IMG/VR virus record: IMGVR_UViG_3300017761_001556
Location: 1 to 45,805 of that record
Length of the DNA: 45,805 nucleotides
Source: a virus
Taxonomy: Duplodnaviria; Caudoviricetes
Reading direction: 5' to 3' (one strand)
The notes beneath the pieces are model-generated. The model saw only the letters and a list, made by a program, of their open reading frames with translations, did no database searches and had not been told where the DNA came from. The translations under genes and the position numbers were made by a program. Of the stretch, positions 24,695-34,821 are shown one piece after another; the first letter of the stretch is position 1, and every line of letters begins with the position of its first letter.

Positions 24695-27550
24695 ATGATA
24701 AAACAATTTTATGAGAAAACACTGCCTTCGCAGGGCGTTTACTGTGTAGCTGGGATAAAAAATAAAAGAACAACACAACGCTTTGCAGAGACGCTAGATG
24801 AAGTAGTAACACTTACAGAGAACTTTAAAAAACAAGGGATAGACGTTTATGTAGCAATGGCATCGTTTGAAGGATATAGCCGTAAAGCTAATGATGCCCA
24901 GTATCTCCGATCATTCTTTATTGACTTAGATGTTGGCGAAGATAAAGCCACCGCTAAGAAAGGGTACTTAACCAAAGAAGAAGCGTATGACAACTTACTT
25001 ATCTGGTTGGAAAAGAAAGAGTTACCACCGCCAATTATCCTTGATTCGGGTACGGGCATCCACGCCTATTGGGCATTTGAGGAAGATGTTGCGGTCGATG
25101 AGTGGAAGCGTTATGCGGAGAAATTTAAAACTTTTTGTCTTCAAGAACTATACATTGACCCCGCCCCAACTGCGGATGTGGCGCGCATTATGCGCTGTCC
25201 GGATACCCTTAACTATAAAACTCAACCCCCGTCAAAAGCGGCAATCATTAGCAATTGCGAGGGCGTCTATAGTTTCGAAGCGTTCAAAGAATTTCTTGGT
25301 GTGGAAGAGCCGACGACTGAAAACATACTCAAACATTTACCAAAAGGTTTGGATGAAGACACCAAGGCAATATTAAAACTAGACAACGTAGAAACTGTCT
25401 TTGACAAAATAGCTACACGCAGTATAGAGGGGGATGGATGTGAGCAGATCAAATGGGCGATTGAAAACAGGGAAAATTTACCAGAGCCAATCTGGGTCGC
25501 AACGCTTTCCATCGCACAACACTGTGTTGACCGAGACACTGCAATCCACGCTATATCACAGGACTACCCTAAGTATAGTTGGCAAGAAACAGAAAACAAA
25601 GCGAACCAACGACAAGGTAAACCATTCTCCTGCGATAAGTTTAATGAGAACAACCCCGGCATCTGTGATACCTGTAAGTACAAAGGCCGCTTCACTAATC
25701 CGCTTGCGCTCGGCAAGTCTATTAAAATTGCCAAAGCGGAGCCAGTACGGAAAGATGAGGATACCGAAGTTTCTGAAAAAAGTTTAATACCTGACCATCC
25801 TGATTATTTGTTTCCGTACTTCAGGGGTGAACAAGGGGGTATTTACTTTCAACCGCCGCAAAAGATAGATAAAAAGGGTAACAAGACACAAGAAGACCCG
25901 TTTTTAATTTACGAGCACGATCTGTTTCCTATCGCTAGGATGTTTAGCAAGGTGGAGGGTAGCTTGTTACAGATGCGGTTGATACTACCAAAGGATGAGG
26001 TACGTGACTTTACTCTTGCTACAAAGATTATCCAATCAACCGACAAGCTTAAAGAAGCTTTGTTGTTCCACGACGTAATACCTTCACCTAGGAACATGCC
26101 ACATCTTATGGAATACGTAAACAAATGGGGTAAATATTTAGCTAGTACCGTGCAAGCTGAGATTGTTCAGATGCAAATGGGATGGACAGAAGCTAAAGAA
26201 GATAAGCGCTTGGGTAATGAGTTTGTTATTGGTAACCAGATGGTTAAGTCAGATGGTACAGTACACAAAACTCCGGTTGCGCCAATCATAAGAAGCATCG
26301 CTAAGATGTTTAATCCAAAAGGAACCTTTGAGAAATGGCAAGAGTGCGTACAAGAACTGAACACACCGTCGATGGAACTTCATGCGCTAGGGACGCTTAC
26401 TGGCTTTGGTGCGCCGATAATGAACTTGACGTCTACAAGTGGCGTGACCTTGTCGTACACGGGGGAGTCAGGCAACGCAAAAACGGGCGCTCTAATGGCG
26501 AACTTGAGTATATGGGGGAACCCGAAGGATATGTGGGTGCTGGAGGCCACGAACAATGGGTTAGTGACACGTTACGTGACTTTCAAAAACATTCCTTATG
26601 GGGTAGACGAAGCACATCAGAAATCGCCAGAAGAATTGGCTAAGTTAGTCCACGCTGTATCTCAAGGTAAAGCCAAAATTAGGATGATGGGTTCTGTTAA
26701 TGCAGAACGTGAACACGAGTTCAGCGCGTCGTCTATCGCTATGATGACTTCTAATAGGCCGTTGTTTGACATCATCATGGAGAAGAAAGCCTATGCCAAC
26801 GGTGAGATGGCAAGGATGATTGAAATAGTAGTTAATAAACCACAGGCTATGATAGCTGACCCCGGCTTAGGTCGTCGCGTGTTTGACCCGTTGAAGTATA
26901 ATTACGGACACGCAGGTGTAAAGATAATGCAGGGGTACTACACACTAGGTGAAGCTGACTTATTGGATCGTATTTCTTATTGGTTAAACCGCATTCAACA
27001 TGACTTTGGCACGGATGACATCTATAGATTCTATTTGGATTATGTTTGCGCTACGTTTACAGCGGGTATGGTAGCCAACGAGTTTAAAATTATTAACTAT
27101 GATCTAGAGCGTATCTACCGTAGACTTGTGGCAGAGATGATTTATCTGCGCGACAACGTGGTTAAGTTAGGGCAAATGGATTACGAGGGATTAGTCGGTG
27201 ACTTCATCAACAAATACTACACAGGGTTCCTCGGAATCAACGACGGAAAAGTCAGCTACGAACCGAGAACAAGCCTTGTCGGACGCATGGATGTTGCAGC
27301 GGGTCAGGTCCTCGTATCCACCACGGAGTTCAAGAAGTATCTTAGCGAGAAACAGGTTAGTTCACGGGAGTTCGAGATAGCTATGAAGGCTAAGGGGATT
27401 CTTTTAGAAACTAAGAAAACGAGGCTGGACGCTGGGTGGAAGAATGCGTTTAGTATGTTAGACAAAAATATGAATGTAAACGCCTATGTCTTCGCAACCC
27501 AAATCCCTAGTGAATTCTTTGATGCAACCAGAGATGACTCAGGAGCCTGA
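24695..27550 (+). CDS. AEP (RepB-like) primase fused to DUF927-type helicase
   Basis: FFIDLD, SGTGIHAYW and RIMRCPDTLNYK primase motifs; Cys cluster (GCEQ, QHC, FSC, CDTC); QMGW, Walker A GESGNAKT, Walker B VDE, NYGHAG. Confidence 0.85.
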   Translation: MIKQFYEKTLPSQGVYCVAGIKNKRTTQRFAETLDEVVTLTENFKKQGIDVYVAMASFEGYSRKANDAQYLRSFFIDLDVGEDKATAKKGYLTKEEAYDNLLIWLEKKELPPPIILDSGTGIHAYWAFEEDVAVDEWKRYAEKFKTFCLQELYIDPAPTADVARIMRCPDTLNYKTQPPSKAAIISNCEGVYSFEAFKEFLGVEEPTTENILKHLPKGLDEDTKAILKLDNVETVFDKIATRSIEGDGCEQIKWAIENRENLPEPIWVATLSIAQHCVDRDTAIHAISQDYPKYSWQETENKANQRQGKPFSCDKFNENNPGICDTCKYKGRFTNPLALGKSIKIAKAEPVRKDEDTEVSEKSLIPDHPDYLFPYFRGEQGGIYFQPPQKIDKKGNKTQEDPFLIYEHDLFPIARMFSKVEGSLLQMRLILPKDEVRDFTLATKIIQSTDKLKEALLFHDVIPSPRNMPHLMEYVNKWGKYLASTVQAEIVQMQMGWTEAKEDKRLGNEFVIGNQMVKSDGTVHKTPVAPIIRSIAKMFNPKGTFEKWQECVQELNTPSMELHALGTLTGFGAPIMNLTSTSGVTLSYTGESGNAKTGALMANLSIWGNPKDMWVLEATNNGLVTRYVTFKNIPYGVDEAHQKSPEELAKLVHAVSQGKAKIRMMGSVNAEREHEFSASSIAMMTSNRPLFDIIMEKKAYANGEMARMIEIVVNKPQAMIADPGLGRRVFDPLKYNYGHAGVKIMQGYYTLGEADLLDRISYWLNRIQHDFGTDDIYRFYLDYVCATFTAGMVANEFKIINYDLERIYRRLVAEMIYLRDNVVKLGQMDYEGLVGDFINKYYTGFLGINDGKVSYEPRTSLVGRMDVAAGQVLVSTTEFKKYLSEKQVSSREFEIAMKAKGILLETKKTRLDAGWKNAFSMLDKNMNVNAYVFATQIPSEFFDATRDDSGA

Positions 27551-27728
27551 ATGGATTTTCCCGTATGAGTATATGCAGGTTGGGGAGAGCTTCTTTATCC
27601 CTACCCTGCGCCCAGCGCAAATGATCTATGCGGCGGACAACGCGGCTAAGAAGTCACGTATCAGGGTGAAGATTTATACAACAGAGAAAGAAGGCCACCT
27701 AGGCGTCCGTGTTTGGCGGGTTGCCTAG
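27486..27728 (+). CDS. small putative DNA-binding protein
   Basis: FPYEYMQVGESFFIP...GVRVWRVA motif; true start probably 27522 or 27534. Confidence 0.7.
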   Translation: MSSQPKSLVNSLMQPEMTQEPEWIFPYEYMQVGESFFIPTLRPAQMIYAADNAAKKSRIRVKIYTTEKEGHLGVRVWRVA

Positions 27729-30700
27729 GGGTTTACACCCATAGCCTTATAAAGCTCAATCAGTCTGTACTTCTCAAAGTTCTCTTGTTGGATGATAGTA
27801 TCTACAATCTGCTTGCGATCTTTGGGGGATAGCCCCGGCATATCACGATATTTATTAGCGTCTTCACGCAAATCTTTTAAGTACCCGTTTGCGTCATGGT
27901 TGTACATATTAACTAACATCTGATCTAGTGGATGCGCTGCTAAATAATTAGCGTATTGTTCTGGTTTATTCTCGAACATGTTAATTCTTTTTTCACGTTC
28001 TTTTAAATCATTTTCAACACGTTGCCATTCACGGGCGTCGAAGTTAGACTTAGTACCAACGAAGCTATCCAAAATTAATGTGTCAGTCTTAGGATTAAAG
28101 TCTTTCTCACCAGCCAACCACAGACCGATGTTTATGCCGTTGTGCATTAAGCGCGAAGCGCCATCCGCATAAGAATTAGCGAAGAAGTACAACGTATTAG
28201 GAGTAATATTTATATCACCGTTTGTAGCTTCTACTAAATAGCGCGCTGCCATCTTATAAGCTTCAGGGACACTATCGCCGCCTGTGTACGCATCGCCATA
28301 CCGTGACTGACGGTTGTTATAAATCTGACGACCCAAAGCATCTACGTTCATCACGTACTCAACTAGAGGTCTAACAATCGACGGCAGCGTCGAGTCAATC
28401 GCAAACTCCAACGGTTTCTCAGCAGGACTAATGCGCGATACAGGCAACGGCAAGAACGAGTCAAGAGTGATAGTCAGCATGTTAGCTAGAGAATCACCAA
28501 CCCGAGTATTGCCCCCCAACATAGCCGCCATCTGTGCACCCATAGCAGCGAACGAGCCAAGACCAAAGCCCCAAGGCAACTGGAACGGCTGCTCATAGCC
28601 GGGGATATAAAAACGGGCGAACTTAGTCCAGCGGGACATATCATCTGTCGCGACTTTGTTGCGCCCTAAATCGTCGTCGTCCGCTGCCGACTTAGCCATC
28701 TGATAGACAACAAACCCAACACCCATCAGTGCCATAGATACTATCTTAGCGTTCTGTTTGCGCTCGGCAAACGTCTTATCGAACTTGTCTAGCGCCTTCT
28801 CAGCGTCTTTTAACTGCGCCTCAAGTTTAGTTCTAGCGTCGCCTTTAATAGATTTATCTTGTAACTCTTTGCGCGCTGCCGCTGCTACGACAAAATCCGG
28901 CTGACGTATTCTAGCTTGTTGAGCATCCATAAACGCTGGCATCAAAGCATCTAATGCCCTAACCGCGCCTGTAGCAGACGGACGGAAGAACATATAGAAC
29001 GCGCCAAGCGCCTTACCCCATTGGCCTACCTGCTCAAAGTTAGCTAGGTTTTTAGCGTATGCAGCGCCGCGCACGGTAGCTTCTTTCTCTACATCGGGGC
29101 CTTTTCTACCTTCACGGGAAGCTTCTCCCATAGCGGTTTCTTTAGCGACCTTGAACGCAGAGACGCGGGCAGCTACCTCGAACATGTCAATCCAACCGTC
29201 GAAGAACTTAGTTATCTTCTTGCCGACTAGAACGCGCCCCGGCCCGGCTTCTTTGTATAACTCATCGAACTGACCCTTATTAGCGATACCTGCTAAGTAA
29301 GACACCCTACCACCTGTCTTAACGTAGTCCATTATCGCTTGGTAGTAACCTGACTTATCTGCTGCGGCTAGGCGCTCGATCTCAGCGATGTTGCCTTTTG
29401 AATAGAGGCGGTTGAAATTTAGCGTCTTGAACATCCCGCGAGTAACAATCCCTTTGGCTACAGAAGCTATGTAATCAAAAGCAGCTTTCGGGCCAAGCTC
29501 TGCGCCCATCGTGAATGCATTAGTTAATACGTCACGCACGAAGTTGACAGGCGCAAACGCAATGTTAAAGCGAGTATGAAGCTGCCCGAAGAAGCCAGTT
29601 GCCTTATTAAGAAAGTCCACCATCGAGTTGATCTCACGGTATGAACGTCTGATGGACTCAAGCAACTGCTTGTCTTTAATACTGATAATCGCTACTTTGC
29701 CGTCGGGCATGTAGTGGAATACTTTAGTCTCGCCGCCTAATGACTGAACAAACTTGTTATCTTGGCGCTGTTCAAAGTTAATAATCTGATCTACCTCGGC
29801 TGTTGGCAACACGCCAGAACCGTTGGGATTTTTATCTTTACTATACTTAGAAGAGTTATAGATAGACTCTGTTACGTTGTTCAAACTAACATACATGGCG
29901 GCTAACGCGCCATCAGCCATCACCTGAAGGATTGGGTTGTCAGGGATTTGGTGGTTACCTTGGAATGTATACACAGCATCTTGCAACTCACCACCTAAGC
30001 GTCGGCTGTCCAAGTTAAGAAGCTCAGCTTCCTCAGATACGTTCTTGCCCTTTAGAGGCACGTAGTTTTCCCAACCGTAGAACTTAATCCAATTCTCCGC
30101 ATACTTAGACATGCGGTTAGACATCTTATTAAGCTTCAGAATAGTATTGTTTAGTTGTTTAACTGTCTTAAAGATTGGGTCAACGTCAGCTTTGTTCTTG
30201 TCGTAGTCTTTTTTAATCTCGGCAATCTCTTGCGCTGTGTATGTACCGGCTACGTCAAATGATGTGCTATTAATGTTAGACGCATCTTTGCCTATAACGT
30301 CAGGGCTTAGATAAGTATTATTTTTATCGAAGACAATATTTCTGAGCGCTTTATCTAAGCTTGCAATTTCTGCATCAGTTAATTTTTCATTAGTGTTTAA
30401 TAGTTTAAAAATCTCTTCGCGCATGGCAGCGGGAGAAATATTGCTTATATTGCCTTTTGCGTCGGTGTATTTAATAATAGGCGCGTCGCTTAGCTTCACT
30501 TTCTTCATGTAAAGAGTTTCACGGCGTTCTTGCATGTGGCGATAGACAGCGTAGAGAGATAACTCTTGCAGGGCTTCTTCTACAGACAGACCTTTCTTTT
30601 TAGCGTAAGCCGCTACATCTTGACGGATGTCTTCATTTAGTGTCTGTACGTACTGCGTGTACATCCAATGCGCGTTGCCAGACGACAAGACAATCTGATC

Positions 30701-33700
30701 GTAGATATTATTCATACCCACGCCGTAAGCAATAACGCGCCCAGCGTAACTTAATTTCTCTTGCCAACGCTTTAATGGGGCACGATCATTGACGAACGTA
30801 GTCTCAGCCCAATTACCCAACTTACCTGACAGCATAGCGTTATATAACCGCTTAGGAGCCGCTGTCGATTTGCCTGTCTTCTGCTCCGACTTCATTTCCT
30901 CAAGGCTACGGTTCTGTATAGGGGCGGCTTGCTTAGACATGTATGACACGCCTACGGCAGGGGCAGTACGCTCAACCTTAATAATCTGTTCAATCTGTGT
31001 TAGCACGTCCCCAAGCACCGCGCCGTATGTACCACCAGCTTCTTCTATTTCTTCACGGCTGAGCATACGATTACGGAAGCCAAGTAACTCCATAACGCGC
31101 TTGGCAAACAAAGAAAATATATTTTGCTTTTTACCTTCTGTCTCCATAGGAGACAGATTGCCCATAGCCTTTTGAAACTCTGGATTAGAGAATGACTGCG
31201 CTATAAACTCTTTAAGGTTGCTAATATCAAATTTTTTGCCCAGCTTTGAATTAACATACCTATACAAATTATCTAATCTGTTAAGCGCGTTCTGTTGTTC
31301 TCTAGTTAAATTTTTACGGTTATCTACCACATGATCTGCTACGTAGTGCATTAGTTCATGCAGCGCCACAATATCTAGGCGTTCTTTACCCAGATTGTTT
31401 AGATCAATAGTAATAGTTTCAGTTGATGGGTCATACTTGCCCGGGTGACCGTCCTCTACTTTGCCTAAAACAATAGTAGGATATTGAGTTGTACCTTCAG
31501 GCAATTCATTTATAAGCCTTTCTCTTTCCGCTTCGTATTCTTTTATTACGGCTTTAGCATTTTTTTCTGCAACAAGTAAATTTTCTGGTGTTTTTTTATC
31601 TGAGTTTTGGCGCCTATATTTTTCAGCAGCATCTACATCTTTGCGCGCGGCCTCGTAATTTTTGTTATTGTGTTTTTCCCATGCGGCTAGTTTATTTTCA
31701 ATAGATTTTTTGACACTAGACAAACCAAGACTTTTAAGTACATCATGAATTTTTTTAGCGAAGTATGCTGTAATAGAATCATTAATCTTGTCATTAGAAA
31801 TAGCAGCAAATAAACGGTCAACTTCACCGCTCTCTAACGCTTTCTTAATAGCAGCGTCACGTTTTTGTTCAAGCGTTTCTATTTGAGTCGGGCCAGTTTT
31901 TTGTTTAGACGGCGTAACTTTGCGCGATGGTTTTTCAACAGACTCTAATAGTTTTTTAACTGCCTCTTCGGCGGCTTGTTCGCGATTTTTACGTTGATCG
32001 GACTCAGTAGTAGTCCTGCCTATGTTTTTGACAGCTTTTATTTCGCGCTGGAATAACTCAATTGCTTGATTACGTACTGCTTTTTGTTGTTCTTCAGTCA
32101 GGCTATTAATAAACTTAGTCCGTGCTTCCATTTGCGCACGGCGTTCATCAGTAAGTTTTTTTTCGTTTACGTTTTTCTTAAACAGGTTTATAAGTTCAAC
32201 TTCTGGCATCTTCTGCAAGATGTCAAGCGCAGTGATTTTTTCCGGCTTCGGTATTTTTTCGCCACGTTTTTTAGCTTTCTTAGCTTCATTGTATGCGGCA
32301 TCTCTTGCGTCGTTTTCTTGTTTGACGCGGTCTTTTAACGCCCGCTCTATGTTGCTGTATGCCGAATCGTAGAAGTCGAACGCTGATTCCGCCGCTGCAT
32401 AACCCATGCCTTCTTTAATAGACGTTGCTGGGGCAGCGCGGGTGCTGGTTTTCATGCCCAAATACGCAGCCTGATCTGGCGTGTGTTGCTCTACTGGCGC
32501 AGCTTTATCTTCTTCTAGTTTAATAGTGCGTTTTGGTGGCGCGGCTGGCTTAATAGGTTCACGTAATCCGTTTTTTGCTGCGCGTTCACGAATTGCCGTT
32601 TCTATTTCTGCGTCTGTTTTACCTTCTAACATCTCCGCATCAATAGGTACGTTAGTCGAAAAAACCATCCCGTTTTCGTTAGTAAGGGTGTAGTTTACAG
32701 TCCAATTACCGGCGTATGGAGTTATGGCTCCTAAAGTATATCCGCCAATTGTTTTTGGCAAAACACGTTCAAGTGTGGCTCGTTGTTGTACAATTTCTGG
32801 GCGATCAGATTTTGTTTCTTTTAATGCAGCACGCTGTTCTGCCGCTGCTTCTTGCTCCGCCAAACGAGCTTCTTCCGTAACACGGTTTTCTTTTAATTGA
32901 CTAAGCTCAGATTCAAACAACGCACGTTCTTTGGCACTTAAATTAGGGTTATTTAGTATCCGCTCAAGTTCAGCAATACGTATAGGCGCAAATTCCCCAC
33001 GACGGTCAAGTTCAGTTTTAGCGGCTTTATACTGTTCATAAGTGTTTGTTAGGTCTTCATATATATCTATAAGCTGTTGACTTGGCAATGAACCATAATC
33101 TAGTGCAGCACGCTGTTCTGCCGCTGTGCTATCAGTTGCGCTAGTAGTCCCTCCAGTAAGGTCCACTCCGTATACGTCAGATGTTGTAGCTTCTCCGGTG
33201 GATTCTCCCACCGTTGATACAGGGCTAGTAGCGCCAGACTCACTTCCTCCTCCGACAGTTTGACTAGATTGCTTGGCATTTTGATTATCCTTCCATTGTT
33301 GCTGCCATACTTTCTTGGCTGCGCGACCTTCTTTGGTGTTGCCTGTAGGAATATTAAGACTTTGACGTGCTTCTTCAATTATTGCTTTTTGTTCTTTTAC
33401 ATCTGTAATGCCCATAGCCTCAAGTTGAGGCTTTAACGCGTCTAATACTTTTTTACCACTGCTATGCTCTGCGTAGGCGTTGCCTACTAGTTGGGCAATT
33501 TCTTCTTTGCCTTTAGCTGCGGCTATTTCAGCTTTCTGTTCTTCATTAGCCACCATTGCTGCGGCTGTTTGCAAGCCTTTATCTACAGCAGTAGCATCTG
33601 ATATAGGCTCAAAACTTACAGACTGCACATTACCTTGCGCATCAGGCACAGCGGTAGTGCCAATCTTCTGCGCTTCGGCTTCTGCTTTTTGTGAGTCAAC

Positions 33701-34813
33701 TACACCTGACTCCATCTGTTGCTCAGCGTCTTGACGGAACTGCTCTTGTAGCTGTTGAGACTTTTCTTCTATACCCGCCATGCCACGAGTCTTAACCGCA
33801 CCACCAGCCGCAGGGACAATCGACATAGCGTAAGCAGCCGCTGCGCTATCAACATATTCTTTAATAGCTTCGGCATCTGACAAGGATAAGCGCGCGCCGT
33901 AACGCTCAGCGGTTGACTGTATAACTTCAACCGGGGCTTCTTTAGTACCTGTTACTACTAAGTTTTTACCAAAGTTTAATAAGAGGTTCTTCTGGTTGAG
34001 GTCAAGTTTATTAAACGCCCCCAGACCAATCTTATCCCCAATAAATTCAGCAACACCGTGCACTATGGCGGCAGGCACCACACGCCCCATCTCAATATCA
34101 GTAGCTTCTTTGCCTAAGCGCTGCGCCTCCTCAACAGCACGGGATGTAGTCTCGCCAGCGCCGTGGAACCCAGCTTGAGCAGCAAGTGCACTAGTAGCTG
34201 CTACGTCTCTCGCCACTTTTTTAGCTGCTGCTGCGGTTTTTTCTTCTACAAACTTCTTAGCTACTTCTTCACCTTCTTTTTCAAGAATCTCTTTAGCGAG
34301 TTTCTTTACACCTGTCTTTACAAGTTCTTTCTCAACAAGACCCAACGCACCGCCTACAGCCGTACCATAACCGGGTATTACGGAACCCGCCGCAGCGCCA
34401 GCGCCCATGACAGCAAGAGACTCAAGGATATTAGCCGCACCGGAACCTATTTGATAAGGGAGCCAATCAGTTAGCACCGCCCCCATGCCTTTATCAAGGG
34501 CTTCAGTGAACGAGTCAGTAGATTTAGATTTAGCGCGAAGAGCTTGCTTAGCCTCTTCCATAGTATTAAGGCCGCTCTTCATCAGAGCGTCAGAGCCAAT
34601 AGCTTTACCAGCTAATACCTTAGCTGCGCCGTATGACTCTTTTGTCTGAGGTAAATAGTTTTCAAAACCACGAACAAAGTCGCTACCTTCTGGCTCGGCT
34701 GGTTTACCATACTTAGGTAATATGTCTTTTTCAATAGCCTTTACTATGTCGGCATGGGACATATTATCAGGGAAGTTAACAGTGCCAACTCCTTGGACAT
34801 TAATGCTAGGCAT
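27725..34813 (-). CDS. giant internal virion / ejection polyvalent protein with zincin-like metallopeptidase motif and LPD38-like C-terminus
   Basis: 2362 aa; Gly/Ala hydrophobic N-terminal segments; GKYDP...ALHELMH...EFIAQSFSNPEFQ; C-terminal NFVRD, YMFF, LPWGFG, RPLVE motifs; P22 gp16-equivalent position. Confidence 0.75.
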   Translation of the reverse strand: MPSINVQGVGTVNFPDNMSHADIVKAIEKDILPKYGKPAEPEGSDFVRGFENYLPQTKESYGAAKVLAGKAIGSDALMKSGLNTMEEAKQALRAKSKSTDSFTEALDKGMGAVLTDWLPYQIGSGAANILESLAVMGAGAAAGSVIPGYGTAVGGALGLVEKELVKTGVKKLAKEILEKEGEEVAKKFVEEKTAAAAKKVARDVAATSALAAQAGFHGAGETTSRAVEEAQRLGKEATDIEMGRVVPAAIVHGVAEFIGDKIGLGAFNKLDLNQKNLLLNFGKNLVVTGTKEAPVEVIQSTAERYGARLSLSDAEAIKEYVDSAAAAYAMSIVPAAGGAVKTRGMAGIEEKSQQLQEQFRQDAEQQMESGVVDSQKAEAEAQKIGTTAVPDAQGNVQSVSFEPISDATAVDKGLQTAAAMVANEEQKAEIAAAKGKEEIAQLVGNAYAEHSSGKKVLDALKPQLEAMGITDVKEQKAIIEEARQSLNIPTGNTKEGRAAKKVWQQQWKDNQNAKQSSQTVGGGSESGATSPVSTVGESTGEATTSDVYGVDLTGGTTSATDSTAAEQRAALDYGSLPSQQLIDIYEDLTNTYEQYKAAKTELDRRGEFAPIRIAELERILNNPNLSAKERALFESELSQLKENRVTEEARLAEQEAAAEQRAALKETKSDRPEIVQQRATLERVLPKTIGGYTLGAITPYAGNWTVNYTLTNENGMVFSTNVPIDAEMLEGKTDAEIETAIRERAAKNGLREPIKPAAPPKRTIKLEEDKAAPVEQHTPDQAAYLGMKTSTRAAPATSIKEGMGYAAAESAFDFYDSAYSNIERALKDRVKQENDARDAAYNEAKKAKKRGEKIPKPEKITALDILQKMPEVELINLFKKNVNEKKLTDERRAQMEARTKFINSLTEEQQKAVRNQAIELFQREIKAVKNIGRTTTESDQRKNREQAAEEAVKKLLESVEKPSRKVTPSKQKTGPTQIETLEQKRDAAIKKALESGEVDRLFAAISNDKINDSITAYFAKKIHDVLKSLGLSSVKKSIENKLAAWEKHNNKNYEAARKDVDAAEKYRRQNSDKKTPENLLVAEKNAKAVIKEYEAERERLINELPEGTTQYPTIVLGKVEDGHPGKYDPSTETITIDLNNLGKERLDIVALHELMHYVADHVVDNRKNLTREQQNALNRLDNLYRYVNSKLGKKFDISNLKEFIAQSFSNPEFQKAMGNLSPMETEGKKQNIFSLFAKRVMELLGFRNRMLSREEIEEAGGTYGAVLGDVLTQIEQIIKVERTAPAVGVSYMSKQAAPIQNRSLEEMKSEQKTGKSTAAPKRLYNAMLSGKLGNWAETTFVNDRAPLKRWQEKLSYAGRVIAYGVGMNNIYDQIVLSSGNAHWMYTQYVQTLNEDIRQDVAAYAKKKGLSVEEALQELSLYAVYRHMQERRETLYMKKVKLSDAPIIKYTDAKGNISNISPAAMREEIFKLLNTNEKLTDAEIASLDKALRNIVFDKNNTYLSPDVIGKDASNINSTSFDVAGTYTAQEIAEIKKDYDKNKADVDPIFKTVKQLNNTILKLNKMSNRMSKYAENWIKFYGWENYVPLKGKNVSEEAELLNLDSRRLGGELQDAVYTFQGNHQIPDNPILQVMADGALAAMYVSLNNVTESIYNSSKYSKDKNPNGSGVLPTAEVDQIINFEQRQDNKFVQSLGGETKVFHYMPDGKVAIISIKDKQLLESIRRSYREINSMVDFLNKATGFFGQLHTRFNIAFAPVNFVRDVLTNAFTMGAELGPKAAFDYIASVAKGIVTRGMFKTLNFNRLYSKGNIAEIERLAAADKSGYYQAIMDYVKTGGRVSYLAGIANKGQFDELYKEAGPGRVLVGKKITKFFDGWIDMFEVAARVSAFKVAKETAMGEASREGRKGPDVEKEATVRGAAYAKNLANFEQVGQWGKALGAFYMFFRPSATGAVRALDALMPAFMDAQQARIRQPDFVVAAAARKELQDKSIKGDARTKLEAQLKDAEKALDKFDKTFAERKQNAKIVSMALMGVGFVVYQMAKSAADDDDLGRNKVATDDMSRWTKFARFYIPGYEQPFQLPWGFGLGSFAAMGAQMAAMLGGNTRVGDSLANMLTITLDSFLPLPVSRISPAEKPLEFAIDSTLPSIVRPLVEYVMNVDALGRQIYNNRQSRYGDAYTGGDSVPEAYKMAARYLVEATNGDINITPNTLYFFANSYADGASRLMHNGINIGLWLAGEKDFNPKTDTLILDSFVGTKSNFDAREWQRVENDLKEREKRINMFENKPEQYANYLAAHPLDQMLVNMYNHDANGYLKDLREDANKYRDMPGLSPKDRKQIVDTIIQQENFEKYRLIELYKAMGVNP
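32825..33126 (-). repeat. perfect 23-bp direct repeat (32825-32847 and 33104-33126), 279 bp apart, encoding AAEQRAA
   Basis: TGCAGCACGCTGTTCTGCCGCTG occurs twice. Confidence 0.9.
33100..33279 (-). CDS. putative nested (overprinted) 59-aa helical protein inside the giant gene
   Basis: GGAAGGA RBS 8 nt before ATG; MPSNLVKLSEEEVSLALLALYQRWENPPEKLQHLTYTEWTLLEGLLAQLIAQRQNSVLH; overlaps a low-complexity linker in the main frame. Confidence 0.5.
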   Translation of the reverse strand: MPSNLVKLSEEEVSLALLALYQRWENPPEKLQHLTYTEWTLLEGLLAQLIAQRQNSVLH

Positions 34814-34821
34814 GTTATTCC

